DNA of 63,695 nt, the filler included, from Octopus bimaculoides (Eukaryota): the NCBI RefSeq assembly GCF_001194135.2. It is 9 parts of 8 records of this genome, joined end to end, with 100 filler letters (N's around TTAATTAATTAA, not from the genome) between each part and the next. Parts side by side here need not be neighbours in the genome. Positions count along the whole stretch, not along the records: positions 51,499 to 54,344 come from NC_068984.1; positions 54,445 to 59,095 come from NC_068985.1; positions 59,196 to 62,032 come from NC_068986.1; positions 62,133 to 63,695 come from NW_026355871.1; 5 more parts are not named here. One strand, given 5' to 3'. The notes beneath the pieces were generated by a model, which saw nothing but the letters and a program-made list of their open reading frames with translations, searched no databases and was not told where the DNA came from. Below, one piece after another: positions 52,703 to 63,695 of this stretch (position 1 is its first letter; every line of letters begins with the position of its first letter). A program made the translations under genes and the position numbers.

Positions 52703-53642
52703 ATCAATACTACTTCAGTTAATTAAAATTCGATCAGTAAATGTACTGATAGACAAGTTAGTAAAATTGGTAAATGTTACTGACTGTAGTTTTCATCAGT
52801 AGCTGCAGATTGCTTTATCTCTCACAGTAGGCAGTGTCGATGAGCTGGCAAATACCAGAAACCTCGCCAAGCTGTTCTCCAATCTATTCTGTAAAGAGAA
52901 AAAAAGAGGTGGGGAAGAGGTATCTGTCTAAATAGGGGCACTAAATGTATGTTTATTTATGTGCATAAACTTATTAGCGATATACCCATGCACACACTGT
53001 CATAGTGCTTTTGTTGTTCGCTGTTGAATGATGATAATGCAATGATTACACATATAATTTTGTTGGCTTACTGTGGGTTACTTGGAGAGAGAGAAATACA
53101 TATGGCACTCTTCTGATTACTCTTGGTGATATTGGAATGGTCAATCAATCAGTTTAATACTTGAAAGACTGAAGATTTAAAAGAAAATCCAAAGTAGCTT
53201 TTGCTTTTATTTTTAAGGGTGGTTCTAATGGCCATGAGCTTCATGCAATATTAAAACATACTAATGGCATTCTTAAATGCCTACTTTGCTAAGTAAACCA
53301 TTTTAGTACTTTAAAGAATTGGTGTTGTAAATGTAGCATCTACTAAATGTTTGGTTTCTGTGATAGTCAAGGCTGCTGGTAGTGGTGCCATAAAAATATA
53401 TTAAGATTTATTAAAACACTGGTATTCATTTGGTTAAGATGAATGACAGCTCTTGTTAGTAATGTCTTATTTTGAGTGGAAAGTTCTACTTTTACCTTAC
53501 AAAATGCATCTGCCATTAAAGTTCAACCTGGGTGGATGGGGGATTAAGAGCTGTTGTAGCTTTGAATGCTGCATATGCAAATCCGAAGACTTAACATTCA
53601 ACTATTTCATCCAATATTCCAACAGTTCTGTCACTTCTGTTG

Positions 53643-53690
<48 letters not shown>

Positions 53691-53691
<1 letters not shown>

Positions 53692-54159
53692 GTTGGTGAG
53701 CCAGCAGAATCATTAGCATGCCAAGTGAAATGCTTAGCGGTATTTCCTCTGCTGCTACATTTTGAGTTCAAATTCTGCCGAGGTTGACTTTGCCTTTCAT
53801 CCTTTCGGGGTCGATAAATTAAGAACCAATAAAAAACTGAGGTCAATATAATTGACTAGTCTCCTTCCCCAAAATTTCAGGCCTTGTGCCTATACTAGAA
53901 AGGATTATTATTATTATCATTAAGGCAGCAAGCTGACAGAATTGTTGGTATGCTTGGTAAAATGCTTAGCGGTATTTCATCTGTCTTCACATTCTGAGTT
54001 CAAATTCCATTGTGTTCGACTTTGACTTTCATACTTTCAGGGTCGATAAATGAGTACCAGTTGAACACTGGGGTTGATTAATCGACTCATTCCCCCCACA
54101 CCACCACCACCACCACCAAAAAAAAAATGTCAGGCCTTGTGCCTATAGTAGAAAGGATT
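53691..54159 (+). mobile_element. Two tandem SINE family B copies after (ATT)n
   Basis: Both with B box GAGTTCAAATT and tail CAGGCCTTGTGCCTATA.TAGAAAGGATT. Confidence 0.9.
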
Positions 54160-54344
54160 GGCCATTGCACGTGCCGCCTGGCTGGCCTTCGTGGGATTTT
54201 CGATCGAGATCATTGTCAGTGCCCCTGGACTGGCTCTTGTGCGGGTGACACATGAAATTTTTCGAGCGAGACCGTTGCCAGTGCCCCTGTTCAATGCCTT
54301 GAACTGGCTCTTGTGCGGGGCCGTCGTAGGATTCTCAAGCGAGA
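54160..54344 (+). repeat. GC-richer repeat with an internal duplication (CAGTGCCCCT..ACTGGCTCTTGTGCGGG twice); probably a SINE fragment
   Basis: Duplication visible directly; cut by a spacer. Confidence 0.5.
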
Positions 54345-54444
54345 NNNNNNNNNNNNNNNNNNNNNNNNNNNNNNNNNNNNNNNNNNNNTTAATTAATTAA
54401 NNNNNNNNNNNNNNNNNNNNNNNNNNNNNNNNNNNNNNNNNNNN

Positions 54445-54549
<105 letters not shown>

Positions 54550-54592
54550 TGATTAAAATTAATCAAAGTTCATACTAAGTACGTCTATCTGC

Positions 54593-54658
54593 TTGAAGTA
54601 ACAGTGAAATCTCGTTATTTAATCGTAATTTAATAACGAGATTTCACTGTTATTTCAA
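54593..54658. repeat. Hairpin, 27-bp arms and 12-nt loop
   Basis: TTGAAGTAACAGTGAAATCTCGTTATT / AATAACGAGATTTCACTGTTATTTCAA, one G-T pair. Confidence 0.85.
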
Positions 54659-54698
54659 CCACGTTGTGGTCTTATATCATTGACGTTTCCGTTTTAGT

Positions 54699-54926
54699 TT
54701 ATAGAGTTGGGAAGAAGGTCAATTTTCGATTTTTTAAAATAAAGTTACAGTTAGTAACTTTCTTTCGATGTTCTACAAATGTTGCTTGTTGGTGTAGCTG
54801 CTTCGCTTTTAATTCTGGATTAAGATCGTCCCAATATGATTTCAATCGATTCATATAGCCAAAAGCGGGCTTTTGTTTCGCTTTTTCGTAGCAGTTAAAT
54901 AGATCATTTTTCAATTCATAATTCAA
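54699..54926 (-). pseudogene. Retroelement ORF N-terminal fragment (R4/Dong- or PLE-type Myb-like region)
   Basis: DLFNCYEKAK..GYMNRLKSYWDDLNPELKAKQLHQQA resembles the Y..A..GY..R....W....E..L..QA signature; recollection only. Confidence 0.4.
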
Positions 54927-55334
54927 AGAGAAATGAGTTTTGTAGTTACAGTTTCTTCTATAACTACAGCTAGAAAGAATTTGTTAACCTGTTGAGCTGT
55001 TGTTTTCGTTCTGTTCCTCGACTGTGTCGTTGATGTTGTGGCCAGCCATGTTGTTTGTAGTAACACTCTGCATGGTAAATTTAAGTTTCAGTCGGAAATG
55101 ACTACGATCATCAATAAAAGGCTCTCTCAGTTAATTCACCTGAAGATTAACCAGTTATTTAACAAGGTCGATAGTTGTGGCTCTAAAGCTGGAGATAGTA
55201 TTCATCGTATTTCAGATAAATAGTCTCCTACGCCAAATACGCGACTTGTCGCTTTGAATGTATGTATAATGTATGTATGTATGTATGCATGAATCTATGT
55301 ATGTATACACATTTATGTATATATGTATGTGTGT

Positions 55335-55445
55335 TTGTGTGTCTTTGTGCTTGAATTCTACCCACTGTTGTTGGTTTGTTTATATCCCCGTAACTCAGTG
55401 CTTCGGCAAAAGAGAACGATAGGATAAGTATTAGTCTTTAAAAAA
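55335..55445 (+). mobile_element. SINE family A tail fragment
   Basis: TCCCCGTAACTCAGTGCTTCGGCAAAAGAGAACGATAGGATAAGTA. Confidence 0.65.
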
Positions 55446-56149
55446 TATACTAAGCCAACTAGCATCAAAAGATGCCAGTAGACTCACGAATGGAAATTAC
55501 ACCAAAATCCTAATAACATTGTCCAGAACAACAAAATTCGATAACAATTTATGAGATCCAAATCGACGTTTTTCACTTGCAAGCACAAAAAGGATAATAA
55601 TAATTCTTTCTTTCTGGCTCAAGACCAACAATTGTAGGGGCGCTGTTAGAATCGGAAACACTGATGTGAAGCATTTTGACCAACGCGGTATCGATTTTTA
55701 CCAGTTCGCTGTTATTTCTGAATCTATATTCCAAATTCTAGTTTAGACGAGTGCTATATCATAAATATCTCGCCCTCTCTCTCTATATATAAAAGGATAT
55801 ATCTCGCCTGATTTTACCAGAATATGATATGGAATATGTTCCGTTCTCTGGATTATTTGCTACACAGATATCGAGGATGATGATAAATTATGTTAGTCAC
55901 AAACCAGAGGTTTCTAATGAAAGTAATGTTGCTTTGAACAATCGTTTTATTCTGATATGTTATAAAAATGTTTCCATGTCATATTGAGTTATAAGTATTG
56001 TAACAATCTTGTAAATGTGTTTAAGACATCTCTTCAAGTTAGCGCAGGCATCGCATGAAGCGTGTAGATTTTGTGTTGATGTATATGGTTATTAAAAATC
56101 TCCATTTATAGGAAAAAAAATTTTTTTTTATAAGAAACAATTTATAAGA

Positions 56150-56458
56150 TCCCATAGATCCCCTGATCTGACCCCTCTTGATTTCTGTCTTTGGGGGCAT
56201 TTGAAAGGCATGGTGTATCACGGAAAGATACAAGACATAAATCATTTGAAGGAACGCATCACCAACTCCTTTGCACACGTATCACCAGATGTGCTATTAC
56301 AAGTTCACCATGAATTGGGATAAACGTATTGCAATGTGTATTCAAAACAATGATAACCATATAGAGTCTGTTAAATTTTTAAAAGAAACTGTTCTTATAA
56401 ACTGTTTCTTATAAAAAAAAATTGTTCCTAGGTATGGCGACTTTTGAATCACTCTGTA
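56150..56458 (+). mobile_element. Tc1/mariner 3' fragment with terminal repeat
   Basis: RSPDLTPLDFCLWGHLKGMVY..HLKERI; end TTTTGAATCACTCTG-TA. Confidence 0.85.
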
Positions 56459-58684
56459 GATTGAGGCCGGCAGGTAAGGTAGATGTTATTTGATTTGCAC
56501 AAGAGTGGTTGATGTTGACATTGAGAGCAAATAATACATTCTTTGCATACGTAGGCAAACACGATTTACCTCACAAGTATACATACATATATTAACCACA
56601 TTGTTCATTTATCCGTTTCTTGTTAAATTACACAACACTCACTTGTGTTGTCAACGACCGTTATATATTCTGTAGATTTATTCCCATTTGGGCTGACGAA
56701 GGAAATATTTACCGAAACACTAAGCTATTTCTCGAGATAATCTCTGAAAACTATTCTATTTTTTTAATATTTCTTCCCATTTCCTTAATTTACATGGAGA
56801 TAAAAACACACGACAATTTCCTGTTTAGTCCTTACGTACATTCAGCGATAAATTTTGAGATTTCGCTTAGTTGAACTAAAGTTAAACAAATAGGCCCATC
56901 TTCTGTTTAGCTTCTGCTACGTATTGTGAATCAAATTTTTCACATTATTTCTAAGACCGCCATTACAACTTCGTATTATTTTGAGTGGAAACCTTATCCA
57001 CCGAATTTCGTAATTTCCGTTCATATACTTTAACAATGGAGCCATACACGAGACCAACTGCTATATACTGATGATATATAAGCTTTTGTCATTAGTTCAA
57101 CAGCGGCATAGAAAGTGAATAGTCATTGATACATGTACACGTTCTCTGAGATAATATGTATTAAATGATTAAGAAATTATTTCTCTTCTGCATCTGAGCC
57201 CCATTGTTCTCTTTTCTATAACTCTCTCATAAATTTGTAGCATCGGCTGCCTCTTGAGATGTTCTGCACTCTTACCGACTAAACCAATAAAAAAGTCTAA
57301 CTTACATGAATCAAAATTTGACCGCGTGCATAATGTATATATATATACATACATGCATATATATATNNNNNNNNNNNNNNNNNNNNNNNNNNNNNNNNNN
57401 NNNNNNNNNNNNNNNNNNNNNNNNNNNNNNNNNNNNNNNNNNNNNNNNNNNNNNNNNNNNNNNNNNNNNNNNNNNNNNNNNNNNNNNNNNNNNNNNNNNN
57501 NNNNNNNNNNNNNNNNNNNNNNNNNNNNNNNNNNNNNNNNNNNNNNNNNNNNNNNNNNNNNNNNNNNNNNNNNNNNNNNNNNNNNNNNNNNNNNNNNNNN
57601 NNNNNNNNNNNNNNNNNNNNNNNNNNNNNNNNNNNNNNNNNNNNNNNNNNNNNNNNNNNNNNNNNNNNNNNNNNNNNNNNNNNNNNNNNNNNNNNNNNNN
57701 NNNNNNNNNNNNNNNNNNNNNNNNNNNNNNNNNNNNNNNNNNNNNNNNNNNNNNNNNNNNNNNNNNNNNNNNNNNNNNNNNNNNNNNNNNNNNNNNNNNN
57801 NNNNNNNNNNNNNNNNNNNNNNNATATCTATGTATGTATGTATATGTACTCACATTTTCAGTTTGTTTCTTTAGATCGATGGCAAAGTGTTCAACCTCAT
57901 AAGAAAGGGGTCACTTTGTCTAAGAAATATTTCAAAATGCCACGCATATGTATGTTTATTTTATTTGTAATATCAAGAAAGCATTTGATCAGTACTACGG
58001 AAATATGTCTCTCTCTCTTTCTCTCTCTTTCTTTCTCTTTCACACACACAATCACACACACACACATTAAAAGCGGACAACTTTTTATACCCGTTCTTCT
58101 TAAACATAATGGCATAAATCGACAGATATGCTGGAATTACTTCATACGACTTCCATTCTCTTAATAAAATATATTCTGTGATGTTCGTAATAAGCCGTGA
58201 TTGCCTCAAAGGAAAGTTCTTTGAATATAACGGCAAGTTCAATTGAAAGACAACGTGTTCAAAATACTCTGGTCGCACTTTCTTCAATTATCTATGAAAA
58301 CTGGTTGCAACCACCACGGTGAGTTGAACTCAAAGAATATCTTTTCTAACTCATCTCGACGGATAGTGTAATATAAAATAGCAACCAGAAATTATTAACT
58401 GCACCCGGAAACAATATGCAAAACCGGGCTTGTAAAACTTGTTCCCAGAGAAAATATGACCTAAATACATGACGAACTTTGTTAGGTGAACTGGGTGTGC
58501 TTTTAAAAATCCCTCTGTGTCTTTTTTCTCCACTGCAGAAAAGTTAATAACTTAGGATGAAAAAAATATCCAATATGTTTTTTTAAGCTATAAACTATTT
58601 TCTCATTATAAAAACTAGAGTAGAATGACAAATTTAGTTTAATTTACGTGTCTCTGCTTATGTCATGGTGGTGATAGCAAGGAA

Positions 58685-58868
58685 GCCTCAAATGGCGCTA
58701 GTAAGGTAGCCTAAAATGGCGGTAGTAAGATAACCTCAAATGGCGTTAGTAAGGTAGCCTAAAATAGCGCTAGTAAGGTAGCCTGAAATGGCGCTATTAA
58801 GGTAGCCTTAAATGGCGTTAGTAAGGTGGCCTAAAATAGCGCTAGTAAGGTAGCCTGTAATGGCGCTA
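58685..58868. repeat. 24-bp minisatellite, about 7.7 copies, with 72-bp higher-order structure
   Basis: Unit GCCTAAAATGGCGCTAGTAAGGTA; units 4 and 7 are identical, 3 resembles 6 and 5 resembles 8. Confidence 0.9.
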
Positions 58869-58910
58869 CACATAATTACGAATGCCAAAGAGATTTAAGA
58901 ACATATATCA

Positions 58911-59095
58911 TTCTTTTTTGTGGCCATGCTGGAGCACCGCCTCTTAGTCGAAGAAATTGACCCCAGGACTTATTTTTTTGTGAGCCCGGTACTTATTCTG
59001 TCGGTTTCTTTTGCCGAACCGCTAATTTATTGAGATTTAAACACACGAACATCGATTGTCAAGCGATAGTGGGTGGGTGGGCCAAACAGGCATAA
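58911..59095 (-). mobile_element. SINE family A tail
   Basis: GGCCATGCTGGAGCACCGCC..CCCCAGGACTTAT..TTTTGCCGAACCGCTAA on the plus strand. Confidence 0.8.
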
Positions 59096-59374
59096 NNNNN
59101 NNNNNNNNNNNNNNNNNNNNNNNNNNNNNNNNNNNNNNNTTAATTAATTAANNNNNNNNNNNNNNNNNNNNNNNNNNNNNNNNNNNNNNNNNNNNCAATC
59201 TGTCACCTTAAGGTTTAAATTGACCACCAAATAATTATTTGTGCCTCGAACGCCTAAGAAATTTAAAAAATGGGACCGATGTAAAGAAATATTGAGAAAA
59301 AAAGTTTTACAAAATTTTTTTGCATAGAGAAAGGGCAACCTTTTGCTTTATTGAAACGTAGGTTATACGTGTTC

Positions 59375-59415
<41 letters not shown>

Positions 59416-59844
59416 CGTCACAGAGACAGTGAGAGAGACAAATACACAGACAAACAGGGAGAAGGTTTATACACTCATACTCACACAACACACTCACACT
59501 GATACAAACACATACCAGCACACACAGACTCACACATATGCGTCTACACATCATTCTACATACGCTATACACCTACATAAAACCTATAGTTTAAATGATC
59601 TGAGTCAGATAAAAAGAAAAAAAAACCCTAAAACAAAAGATGCAGGTTACATAGCTTGTTAATGGCAATGCACAAAATGCGTGCATTGGTCGGCATGTTG
59701 GCGCTATCGGGCGATTATTGTCTTTCTCAATAATTTGCGACGATCATTGGTATATTGAGGAAAGCCTCCAGGGTAATAGCGAAGCTTAGGCTGTTATTCC
59801 TACCTACATATACACATTTAAATACACACACACGGATACATAAT

Positions 59845-59929
<85 letters not shown>

Positions 59930-60524
59930 GTTCCTTTATACATATAGATCTACATACACACATATATATATATATATATACAGCTATATATATATAAGTA
60001 GTTATATATGTGTGTGTGTATGTGTGTGTGTATGTGTGTGCGTATGTATATATATATGTATGTATCTATGTATGTATTTATATATATGTTGCTGTTACGT
60101 TAAATGACGTTTCCATTGCCTTTTAATTTTGTGTTAGTACCATTAGATCTGAGCACGAGAACAATGGTGATAGTAAAGCATTTATCCCCTAAAGTCTGCC
60201 CGAATGAAAAGAATCATATAACATTATGAAGAAGCATTGGTGACCATGGTGGGGTTGGTGCCGGTGGCTCTAATTATCGTTGCTGAAGACCCTTGAATGA
60301 ATCACCTGTGATAGTTTTTTTTTTTTGTATAACCTATTGCGGGTATTGCAGTTTTAATTAAACGAGGGGAAGACATATGAAGTAAAATGCGAATTTATGG
60401 AAATTGGACACCAAGGTGGAGAGATGCTGTACACATATAGGTGTGTGTATGCATTCACTTACACATGTGTGTGCGCATTGTTTTTATATGCATATCCGGC
60501 TGTATTTAACTTCCTCCTGGTATT

Positions 60525-61942
60525 TACAGGGTGCAGTGAATAAACTGTCATCTACATTACGCAAAAATGTAAATGGGATCGATGACCTCCCTTGCAGATA
60601 CCACATACGGACACTAACTGTGTGTCGTTGGCCAGCTGCAAAAAATGTCATCCAGGTGTTAAAACAACTGTAACATCGTCCTTTACATGACTGTCATGTT
60701 ATGTTGACATATAAACATTACTATCCAGTACTGTTACTGTATTTCTCTCTCTCAGACGTTTAAAACATGTTGTTTTTCTCGATATGAGATCAGCGACTGT
60801 GTGTCGCTTAATGAATATATAGTATTTGCGAGTGGTAATAGCTTTCGTCTCTAGCTGGTAATGTCTCACACTGAGGACGGATAATATGCAGAAAGCAAGG
60901 TCTGTGAGTATCACGTAAGGCTAGAGATGAGAGCGATGACCTCCCTTGCAGATGCTATAAACGGACACAGACTGTATGTCGATAGCCAGCTGGAAAAGAT
61001 GTTCTTCTGGGGATAAAACAACAGTAATATCGTCCTTTACAGGACTGCCACGCTATGTTGGCATGTAAACATTACTATCCGGTACTGTTACATTTTTTTC
61101 TCTCGATTAGTGATTTAAACATAATGTTTTTTTCTCGAAAATAACAAACATCTCATTCTAACAGATATATTTACCAAAATTACTTAAATGTATCTTGAAA
61201 TACGAAGGAGTAAATTTATTCAATAAGATACTCATTGGCTTCAACTACGGGCTCCAGAAGAATTCGGAATCTCCTGCAACTCTTATGGACGGTTTTCATG
61301 TTTAAGGTGATGAATGCTGCCATAATCCTTGCCTTCAGTTCATCTTTGGTGTTAAAAGGAGTTTTGTTGGTCCCTTGCTCAACTGCGCCCCACACATAAT
61401 CATCAAGGGGGTTGCAGTCAGGGAGTTAGGAGGCCAGATGTTAGGGGTCATATGGTCGCAGATTTGTCTGACAGCCTTGACTGACTTTTCCTGCTTGTGT
61501 GGCGTGGAGCAGAGTACTGTTGCTAGATATAGGCACATCCAGCAGCCACCCTCTTGATCCAGGTAAGCATTACCTCCCCCAGGTATTTGGCATAGGCCTC
61601 CGTGTTGTGTGTGAGATCGTGTGGGAAGTTGAACGCAAGCATGATGTCACCATCACTGGAGAGCACTTCAAACACTCTGATGTTGACGGGATGTCTGATT
61701 TTTAAATATGTCGGCACATATTCGTAATGGAGCTTCCAGCACTTCGTGTTCGAGCTTCCGGCGCGATTGCCAAGCAGTACAGCATGCCGTCTCCAAATTT
61801 CTGGCAGTTTGAATTGCGTCATGTTGCTGTTTTTCTTACAGACAGTGGCCAACAGACCCTTAAAAAGTCAAAAACAAACAAGGTGCATGCACAGAATTTA
61901 AAGATATAGAATGGCAACAATTTGCCAATCACAACGTGTGTA
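60525..61942 (-). mobile_element. Internally deleted DD37D/maT-like transposon with a nested insertion at about 60575-61136
   Basis: Minus QFKLPEIWRRHAVLLG (N-terminus), RHPVNIRVFEVLSSDGDIM, QQYSAPRHTS, IWPPNS; terminal TA-CAGGGTGCAGTGAATAAA at 60525. Confidence 0.8.
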
Positions 61943-61996
61943 AATACACACACGCACACACGCACGCAACACGCACACTCACATGCACACACTCAC

Positions 61997-62030
<34 letters not shown>

Positions 62031-62132
62031 ATNNNNNNNNNNNNNNNNNNNNNNNNNNNNNNNNNNNNNNNNNNNNTTAATTAATTAANNNNNNNNNNNN
62101 NNNNNNNNNNNNNNNNNNNNNNNNNNNNNNNN

Positions 62133-63017
62133 TGAAAGAACCGCTCATGATTGGTATGCCAAGTTCAAAAATGGAAATTTTGTCCTCGTTCTGGCCATCC
62201 ATTTGAGTTCGATGAAGAGCGATTAAACCAACTTTTGCATGAAAATTCTCATCAAACGACAAGGGAACAGACAGGGCAGAGAAAATGGAATGCTCCCACA
62301 CTACTATAGAGAAGCATCCTCACTCGATGGGAAATGTTCAGAAGTGTGGAGCATGGGTTCCGCATGCTTTAAGTGACAACAACAAAAATCAACGAGCCAC
62401 AATCTCTGCTGGTTTGCTTGTTCGTCCCCAGTAAACAAGAGACACCGAGCCTGAAACAAGATCTTCATCCGCATAAAACGATGTTGTACGTATGGTGGGA
62501 CTGGGAAGGAATTATCCATTACGAATTGCTTGAACAGAACCAAACGGTCAACACGGAACTCTATGTTCAACAGATGGAATGACTCAACGTGGCTATTCAA
62601 GAGAAAAGACCTAATCGGCAGCATGGAGTTGTTCTGCTGCACGACAATGCTCACCCTCATATCGCCAATATGATCAAAGAAGCCATTCAAACGCATGGCT
62701 AGGAAGTGCTGCTACACCCGCCGTACTCTCCTCATTTGGCACCAACGGATTTCCACCTCTTTCGATCTCTTTCAAATGCTATGCGCAGAGTTTCGTTCAA
62801 TACTGATGCAGAATTGAGAGCTTGGTTGGATCAATTTTTCTAGTCGAAATCGTGTGATTTCTACTAACGAGGTATTGAAAATCTTGTTGAACGTTGGGAA
62901 GAAGTTGTAAACAACAAGTGTGAATACATTATTGATTAATTAGTTGTTACTTTTTATTAAATCTTTTAAAGAATTAAAATTTAAAAAAACGGCAGGAACT
63001 TAGTTGCCAACATAATA
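62133..63017 (+). mobile_element. Mariner (DD34D) transposon remnant with right terminal repeat
   Basis: KTMLYVWWDWEGIIHYELL, LLHDNAHPH, HPPYSPHLAPTDFHLF, ENLVERWEEVVNNKCEYI; end GGCAGGAACTTAGTTGCCAACATAA-TA; several stops. Confidence 0.92.
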
Positions 63018-63559
63018 TATTAATACATATACAAATAGATAGACCTTTGAACTGAAGTGAAATGAAAGAAATGTAAATATTCTCTATTGGTAAAAAAAAA
63101 ACTCGGCCTATGTCACTGATTGGACAGCGAACAGTGAGTAGTTTGTTTACGTATTCTTAGTTTTTAATATATCCTTGCTTAACGTATGAGCTTTAATGCA
63201 TTTAATTATCGTCTGCTCAATCGAAACATTTGTTTATAAAATATGGACAACGATAGATGACATTAGCTAAAAAAAGAGAGGGAATGAAAACGATTAGTTT
63301 TCAGAGAATAAACATGTGCTACGTGTAACACGTGTCAGCCTCCAGAATAATTGCATTAAGGTAATTTCAAAACAGATGCACAAGAAGTAATGTATTTCGT
63401 ATTACCTCGTATGACTTCAATCTTCCTTTCCTTTCGGAATGATTTCAAGCTCTTATCAAGCTCTCCTTCTCTGTGATAATAAATAAGACATGGTTACAGA
63501 CATTTAACAAAATTGTAACTAATAAACATTTAATCAATATATAACGTTCTAGCTCACTT

Positions 63560-63695
63560 CCTCTGTCTACAGAAGTGCTTGGAAGGAAGGTGTGTAGAGT
63601 GTGATCGTCACATTGATCATGACAGAGAAAGCTGTCATGGTGATGCCTGCTCAGAAGCCTACACAAAATTGCAGAAAGTGTATGGAGAGGAGTGT
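63560..63695 (+). mobile_element. Possible mariner 5' fragment (runs off the window)
   Basis: SEAYTKLQKVYGEEC resembles the first HTH of mariner transposases. Confidence 0.45.

Noticed and set aside
58685-58868. CRISPR-like array or repeat-encoded peptide
   Set aside because: Contiguous units with no unique spacers, eukaryotic context, and stop codons in the frames checked

Overview
AT-rich, microsatellite-saturated eukaryotic genomic DNA. The SINE families match my recollection of octopus repeats, so a coleoid cephalopod (probably Octopus) is inferred, not proven. I can support no intact host protein-coding gene, rRNA, tRNA gene or CRISPR array. Almost all ORF-track entries are translations of dinucleotide or trinucleotide repeats or of N gaps. 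Eight identical 100-bp spacers (N44-TTAATTAATTAA-N44) cut the window into nine segments whose adjacency cannot be trusted. Recognisable content is decayed mobile DNA: an R2/HERO-like restriction-like-endonuclease (RLE) retrotransposon 3' end, two Penelope-like element (PLE) remnants (RT and GIY-YIG), several Tc1/mariner fragments, three abundant tRNA-derived SINE families, foldback palindromes and minisatellites. The most interesting signal is a set of seven minimal type I hammerhead-ribozyme-like motifs from several repeat families. One family, present twice, shares a non-canonical core (CUGUYGA, U at the conserved A6). PLE-associated minimal hammerheads are a known class, so only this variant and its activity could be new, and it needs testing.
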